Notes under the pieces: generated by a model
What the model was told of the DNA's origin: nothing
The model's database searches: none
Seen by the model: only the letters and a program-made list of their open reading frames with translations
In this document: positions 58,698 through 64,000 of the stretch, one piece after another
How positions within the stretch are numbered: position 1 is the stretch's first letter
How the letters are laid out: each line of letters starts with the position of its first letter
DNA from: an uncultured Acidobacteriota bacterium
GTDB taxonomy: Bacteria > Acidobacteriota > Terriglobia > UBA7540
Reading direction: 5' to 3'
Length of the DNA: 64,000 nt
NCBI GenBank assembly: GCA_963804995.1
Contig: CAWDSK010000004.1
Coordinates: forward strand, 64,001 to 128,000
Made by a program: the position numbers and the translations under genes

Positions 58698-61004
58698 TCA
58701 GTGTACTGAACTGCTGCGGGGCGGCCCGCCAGTAGCTTTCTTGATCCGGGGCGTCTCTCGCGCGGCACTGGGCGGAGTTGAAGCTTTCGATTCCGCACAC
58801 ACGGCAAAACGTGGCGAGCCGGTCGAAAGCTGCCGGTAAGTTTCCGCGTCGCGCAGAACCATTTCCACATAGATCCGCGTCGAGGGAATCGGAATGCTCT
58901 GAGGAACGTCACCGCGTCCGGGAAGGAAGCTTTGCTGAGCCAGTCCTTGACGCGAAAATCCCCTGCATGGTAGGCGGCCATGGCGAATTCCGGCCGGCCG
59001 TCAAATTGCTTCAGCAATTCTTTCAGATAAGTGCAGCCAAACCGAACATTGTAGGTGGGATCATAAAGGCGAACGCCCACCGCGCGAAGGCGCGAACTAC
59101 GCCGGCTGGGGGTGGCGGTTTCGGGCAGAATCTGCATGAGCCCGCGGGCGTCCGCCGAGGAAAGCGCGTGGGGATTGAATGCCGATTCCTGCCGGATGAG
59201 TCCCCTCACCAACTGCGGGTCGACGTGGCTCAGGAGAGCCTGCCGCTCTATAAGTTTCTTGTACGCCTGCGGGTAGAGAAAATCCCAGATTTCCTTCGGC
59301 AACGCAGAGAATTCCTCCTGGGAATAGGCAGGGGCAATCTTGATGGTATCGAACAATGCCGCCGAAGCTTTGTCGTGGGAGCCTTCCAACCGGGCAAGCC
59401 ACAGGCGGAGTTCTGGCGGCGCCGAGTTCCCGGAAACCGCCGCCTTCAAGTAATCCTCTTCCAAGTCTTTCAAATCCAAGGCTTGCAGGATTAACACGGG
59501 CTGGGCGGCATCTCCGGAGGTTGAGGTGGTAAGGCAGGCAACCCCGGGCGGAACAACTGGCGACAACAGCAGGGGAGCAAGTGTAGCGGCAAGAGAACCG
59601 GCAGAGGTCTCGCTTGCACCGGTCACATTTCCCTGCCCCACAGGCAAGTTCTCCAGGCGCGCGGCAGCTTGGAGGGCGTAATAACTGTGCACAAATCTTT
59701 TGCCCAGCAGAACATATAGCGCCCGAGCTTCCGAGGTCGCACCCTGCTCCTCCTTGATCCGTCCCAACCAGTAAAGGGCAGCCGTGGCGCGCGGTGAATC
59801 AGGAAAGCGCGTGAGGTACTCCTTGATGGCATCGGGGGCCTTGGGATCGTGCAGAAGGTATTCACACCAAACCAATCGCCAACCGTCGTCGCGAGCGTGT
59901 TCACCATGGGGGAACAATTCGGAAAGCCGCTGGTAGACACGCGCCGCTTCCTGCCAGTTGAGCTGGCGATAATAGAAGTTCCCCGCCGCGGAAAGCGCGT
60001 CGGCGTAAGCTGGCGAAGATGCGAACTGGGTTTCGAGCTCGGAAAGGTCACGGGTAATCGCTGCCGGATCGGCCTGCTGCACGTGAACCTGTACGAGCAG
60101 CCCCAGCCGCTGCGCTTCCAGTTCGGGCGTGGGAGAATGATTGAAAAGAGCATCCAAGGCGTCCACGGTGCGGTGAAGATGCACAAGGCACCGCACCCGT
60201 CCAAGTTGCCAGCGGGGGGCGAATGAGCTGCCGGGCTCGGCGTCCAGCAATTCGCCAAAACCCTTCAAGGCGTCCGCGTAACGCCCCGCCTTGAAGAGAA
60301 TCTCCAAGCGCGCTGTCTGGATGTCATCGGTGGGAACCGGAAAAGTTGCGCCAAGCTCGGAGCGGAGTGTTACCAGCGAGTCCGCCGCGGCTTTGGCCTG
60401 GGGAGAAGTTGGAAAGGCGAAATAAACTTCCTGGAAGGCTTGCGCGGCCTCAAGCGTCTGGTTAGCCTGATGATAAGACTGCGCCAGCATTAAGGCGAGC
60501 GCCGGGCGTTTGTGCGTCTCAGGTTCGGCGGCAAGTAAGCTGGCAGCCTCCTGCGGTTGCTGAGCTTCCAGCAGCGCCCGCGCTTCTAGCTCCAGCGCCT
60601 GTCCACGCAGGTGGCTTTCGGGAAAGCGTTTGGCGAAGTCATGCAGTGCTGTGGCCGCATCGTGCCATCCCTCTGCACGGCTCGCCAGCGGTGGCCTGAT
60701 AAAACACCGCATAGTCGGCAAGCGAAAACGCGCTCTCGGCCGCCAGGTGCAGATCCTGGGCCGCCTCTACGAAGTGACTAGCTTGATACTCGGAGTAGCC
60801 CGCCAGGAAATAAGCCCAGCCGCGCCACTCGGGATCTTTCTGCGCTTGTGCGTAGCTGCGCAGGCTCACCCACGTGTCAGGTTGGGTGGCCCGTGCCGCA
60901 AGCTGGCGAAGTGTGGTGGGAACGACCACGGCGGCGGAACCGAGCGTCGGCAAACACAGCGACAGGCATACGGCCACCGGCAGAAATTTGCGAAGGGATC
61001 TCAC
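58698..61004 (-). CDS. TPR-containing soluble lytic transglycosylase (Slt-like) with two frameshifts (about 60690 and 58900)
   Basis: Signal peptide, TPR helices, IRQESAF, ARGLMQI, AAY.AG; the corrected tail FLESIP..TRIYV ends at TGA 58698, just before the next gene's GGAGA RBS. Confidence 0.85.
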
Positions 61005-62314
61005 GCGGAAGGCCCTGGATAATCCGGTCCCAGGACGGTCGAATCATTCCCTCCCAAGGTGCTCACCAACTCTTCGTGGAAGTAATCAAACTCCTTGCTG
61101 AGGGACTTACCAAATCGCTTGGCGAAGGTCTGGCGACTGCGATCGATGTCGGTCTTCAGGCGCTTGTAGAGATCCTTATTCTTGCGCCCATCCCCCACCT
61201 TGATCTTGTTGTAGAGTTCGATTTCCGAAACCAGGAGCTTGGCGAATCGCTTGGCGTCTTTGTGAACCTTTTGCTCAGATTCACTCAGTTGCGAGATATC
61301 CATTACTCCCGGGGCCGCCGGGGGTGCGAGCGCCACGTCGGTCACCGACTGCTCCACCGCAGGCACTTCCGGCGACCAAACCGCCGCGCCCGGTGTTTCA
61401 ACCCCACCGTGGACTGGCACACCATCAGGCTCAGTCGGAACTGGCGGGGGAGCCTCGTGCCAAACCTCCGCCGGCCCAGCGGGTGGCTCATTCGCGGGGG
61501 TCTCCACCGCCGTCACTACCCCCGGGATCTCTTGTACAGCTTCGCCGGCTGTGGGTTCAGCGGGCGCGTCATCAACTGGCGCTTCAGCTTCCAAGGGTCT
61601 TTCAACTTCCGGCCCCGCATCGTCCGCTGAAATTCCGCCGCTCAGCGCGATCAGGCGATCAATTTGCGCCCCCGTGAATTCGGACAGAATCTTGAGAGCA
61701 TTGACCGGAAGGTCGGAGTGTTCCCCGCTGGGATCCGCATAAAGAATCGCCGAAACCGCGCCCGCGGAGCGGATGGGCAAGAGCAGAATAGGTACGTCTT
61801 TGGCCGGCTTGAGTTTCTCCAGGACGTTGCGGTTCTTCTTCAGCGTCTCGACACTCGCGTCCACGTGGCCGGCAGTCTCAACAACTTGACGGAAGGGATT
61901 TTCCTGGTTCAGGGGGACGACCAGTGCCCGAAAAATCCTCTCTGTGAGGTCAGGCCCGAAACCGATCGCTGCAGCGCCCCAGGCCGCTTTGCCGCGCACA
62001 TCAAAAACCGCGCTGCGCACGCCGACCTGCGCGGCCTCCTGCGCCAACACCTGCAGAGCCTGCTCGGGCATAGTGCAGGTGATCAGGTTGCGGACGGCAT
62101 TCAGAACGTTTTCGAGGGCTGCATCCGCCGAGTCTTGTAACACGCAAGCCCCGGCGATCTCAATTGCCTGCCACCGCTGCTCAGTTTCCTGCTCCAGGCG
62201 TTGGCAGCGCTGCCGTGCTTCCGACAAATCATGCTCAAGCTTCTCGAGGAATTCGGCTTGGGAGCCAAGCTCCTGGGCCAAGTGCTGGCGAGCCTCGCGA
62301 ATCGAGTCATCCAT
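61001..62314 (-). CDS. Hypothetical protein: coiled coil, GAF-like region, Pro-rich linker, conserved helical C-terminus
   Basis: ILLLPIRSAG.V.AILYAD; HKDAKRFAKLLVSEIELYN..DIDRSR..DYFHEELV. Confidence 0.75.
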   Translation of the reverse strand: MDDSIREARQHLAQELGSQAEFLEKLEHDLSEARQRCQRLEQETEQRWQAIEIAGACVLQDSADAALENVLNAVRNLITCTMPEQALQVLAQEAAQVGVRSAVFDVRGKAAWGAAAIGFGPDLTERIFRALVVPLNQENPFRQVVETAGHVDASVETLKKNRNVLEKLKPAKDVPILLLPIRSAGAVSAILYADPSGEHSDLPVNALKILSEFTGAQIDRLIALSGGISADDAGPEVERPLEAEAPVDDAPAEPTAGEAVQEIPGVVTAVETPANEPPAGPAEVWHEAPPPVPTEPDGVPVHGGVETPGAAVWSPEVPAVEQSVTDVALAPPAAPGVMDISQLSESEQKVHKDAKRFAKLLVSEIELYNKIKVGDGRKNKDLYKRLKTDIDRSRQTFAKRFGKSLSKEFDYFHEELVSTLGGNDSTVLGPDYPGPSA

Positions 62315-62638
62315 AGAATTGCTTTTTGGTTCAGTCAAGCGTGACACCTCAACCCGATACGGTACAAGTTCATTATGGAACAAGCCGCGCCGCGGGTGCA
62401 ATGGCAATGTCACCGACGTCAGCGGCCGGCAGGGGTTAGGGGCCAAAAGCTAGGGGCTAGGGGCTGGGGGCTCGGGATCAGGGGTTAGGGATTTGGGGTT
62501 TGGAGTCAGCTTTGGGGCTGGGCATTCCATATCCCATATCGTCCGCTCTGCCTTCTGTCTTTTGCCTGCTGCCTTCCGCTTTCTGCCTACTGCCTTCGGC
62601 TGACACCTGGCACCTAACACCTGCTATTGCCGGTTGAT

Positions 62639-62667
62639 TTGACACGCCCCCCATCGCAGGGTAATCT
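62639..62667 (+). promoter_or_regulatory. Putative sigma70 promoter of ssrA
   Basis: TTGACA, 17 nt, TAATCT just upstream of the tmRNA. Confidence 0.55.
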
Positions 62668-62679
62668 GAAATAGTATAT

Positions 62680-63040
62680 GGGGGCGTACCGGTTTCGACG
62701 GGAGCCCTTGCGCTTAGGAGGCATGTCGGGGGTCCACACCACCCGTGATCGGCGTGGGACAAAGACAACTGCCAACACGCAGTATGCCTACGCTGCCTAA
62801 TTAATTAGGTAGCCGTCTCCTCCTTTAGGCCCGCATGAGGGATGTGAGGCGTCGATTGGCGGGATAGTCCCGGGTCTGCCGTCTGAGGATCTGGGGCGAA
62901 TCTTCTCAGGCTAGCTGGCGGCTCGTTGTTGCCCGTTCCTGAGGACCGTCGGTGAAAGCAGGAAGCGAACTGGGATAAGCATGTAGGCTCCTAACCGTAA
63001 GTCTCTTCGGACGGGGGTTCGACTCCCCCCGCCTCCACCA
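62680..63040 (+). ncRNA. ssrA: tmRNA
   Basis: 5' GGGGGCG..TTCGAC; tag ORF 62771-62800 encoding ANTQYAYAA*; 3' GGGGGTTCGACTCCCCCCGCCTCCACCA. Confidence 0.97.
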
Positions 63041-63058
63041 TACAACCCTTTCTGTAAC

Positions 63059-64000
63059 TCACGCCGCCCGCAAGTACAGCACGGCTGGGCCGGGAAAGGG
63101 CACCATGAATTCCGTATTGCCCGCCCCTCGAACTGTCCCGCCTCCCGTGATGGTGCCCTCGACGGGATGCATCCATTCAACTTCAAAAGATTGGGCTGCC
63201 GCCGGTAGGTGCACTGTTACCTCGTACCCTTCCGGTAGGTAGACCAGATACTCATGCCCGGGGTTTGCCAGGCAGAATCCTGTGGAGGCGAAACTACTGT
63301 GCGGCGTCATCTCAACCAAGTTCATCCGGTTCGCATAGGTGCGGGTATTTCCAATGGCCTTGCGGACGGGTTCCCAAACCCAGGCATCCGCGCGGTTCAA
63401 GTCGCGGGTGGGATAGCCGGGGCGCGAGGCCCAATTCACTTCTCCGCAGGGATGACCAGGGATGGGAACCCAGGAATCCATTAACAGCGTGTTGTAGCCG
63501 CGGCAGAAACTCTTCCAGGCCCATGACGGAGTTCCGCCGTGGCCCCAGAGGTGGTCGGTATCAAGCACCGCCACCTTCTTGCCGTCCCATTCCGGAGGGT
63601 CGTGCTTGAAGGAATCACTGTCATCCGCCCCCGGGGAGACCCAATCACACCGGCTTTCGAGCATCGACTTCAGCCCCTCGGAGTTCCACCCGGTAATCCC
63701 GATAGGGTGCCGATTCCCTTTTTTGTCCTCATAATCATGCACAAAATCGACAACCCACCAGTCCCACTCCCGGTCTCCACCCTCATTGATAACCTCATAG
63801 AGGATGTTGTCAAGATCATGCACTGTGTCCATGACCTTCCGCAGGTAGGCGGCCTGCATCTCCCGGACCTCGGGCCGGTGCAGGCTGACCATTCCGGTGT
63901 CGCCTTCCTGGCCATCGAACCCGTTGAGATTGTTTTTGATGTTGTAGGGATGCGCGGGCCAGGGGTCGCAAGGGTCGCCCTTCTTTTTTTCGCTGAAGCT
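63059..64000 (-). CDS. DUF6298/DUF4038-like glycosidase-fold protein with a C-terminal putative collagen-binding domain (5' end outside the window)
   Basis: NILYEVINE, LDTDHLWG, WAWKSF.RG, FCLANPG.EYLVYLP, VEW.HP. Confidence 0.7.
   Translation of the reverse strand, partial: SFSEKKKGDPCDPWPAHPYNIKNNLNGFDGQEGDTGMVSLHRPEVREMQAAYLRKVMDTVHDLDNILYEVINEGGDREWDWWVVDFVHDYEDKKGNRHPIGITGWNSEGLKSMLESRCDWVSPGADDSDSFKHDPPEWDGKKVAVLDTDHLWGHGGTPSWAWKSFCRGYNTLLMDSWVPIPGHPCGEVNWASRPGYPTRDLNRADAWVWEPVRKAIGNTRTYANRMNLVEMTPHSSFASTGFCLANPGHEYLVYLPEGYEVTVHLPAAAQSFEVEWMHPVEGTITGGGTVRGAGNTEFMVPFPGPAVLYLRAA

Noticed and set aside
63020..63060. Genomic island integrated at the tmRNA 3' end
   Set aside because: No integrase or duplicated ssrA 3' end seen; a convergent gene ends 18 nt downstream

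Overview
GC-rich bacterial chromosomal window, probably Acidobacteriota. This is inferred from the gene families and the tmRNA tag ANTQYAYAA, not from a search. Housekeeping and catabolic genes (GH20, S46 and S9 peptidases, ROK kinase, DksA, aminotransferases, archaeal-type thymidylate synthase, GH2, Slt, ssrA) alternate with accessory blocks. (1) An ORF-less 770-nt group II intron whose removal restores an in-frame TamB-C-terminal-like ORF. (2) An AT-richer island at about 6-13.8 kb: PG-binding GH19 hydrolase, SLGAPFW membrane protein, 968-aa unknown protein, a second membrane protein and a permuted NlpC/P60 enzyme. (3) A TAT-exported DegT aminotransferase with two TAT paralogs. (4) An 8-gene glycoconjugate cluster: GH2-GT2 fusion, ABC exporter, three paralogous GT-like proteins, YdjC deacetylase, NodS-like methyltransferase and ATP-grasp-like protein. 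(5) A 40-47 kb hotspot with a deleted RAYT, REP/REPIN elements, five copies of a MITE with 3-bp TSDs, an AlbA_2 gene between 141-bp repeats, and three TA loci. Two copies of a 1390-bp IS4-family element with 11-bp TSDs both sit in the same REP motif, and one has lost its first catalytic Asp. Several genes carry single-base frameshifts, which may be sequencing errors or pseudogenes. The best candidates for undescribed systems are the GH19/SLGAPFW/968-aa operon and the glycoconjugate cluster. All family calls come from recognising motifs by eye; no searches were run.
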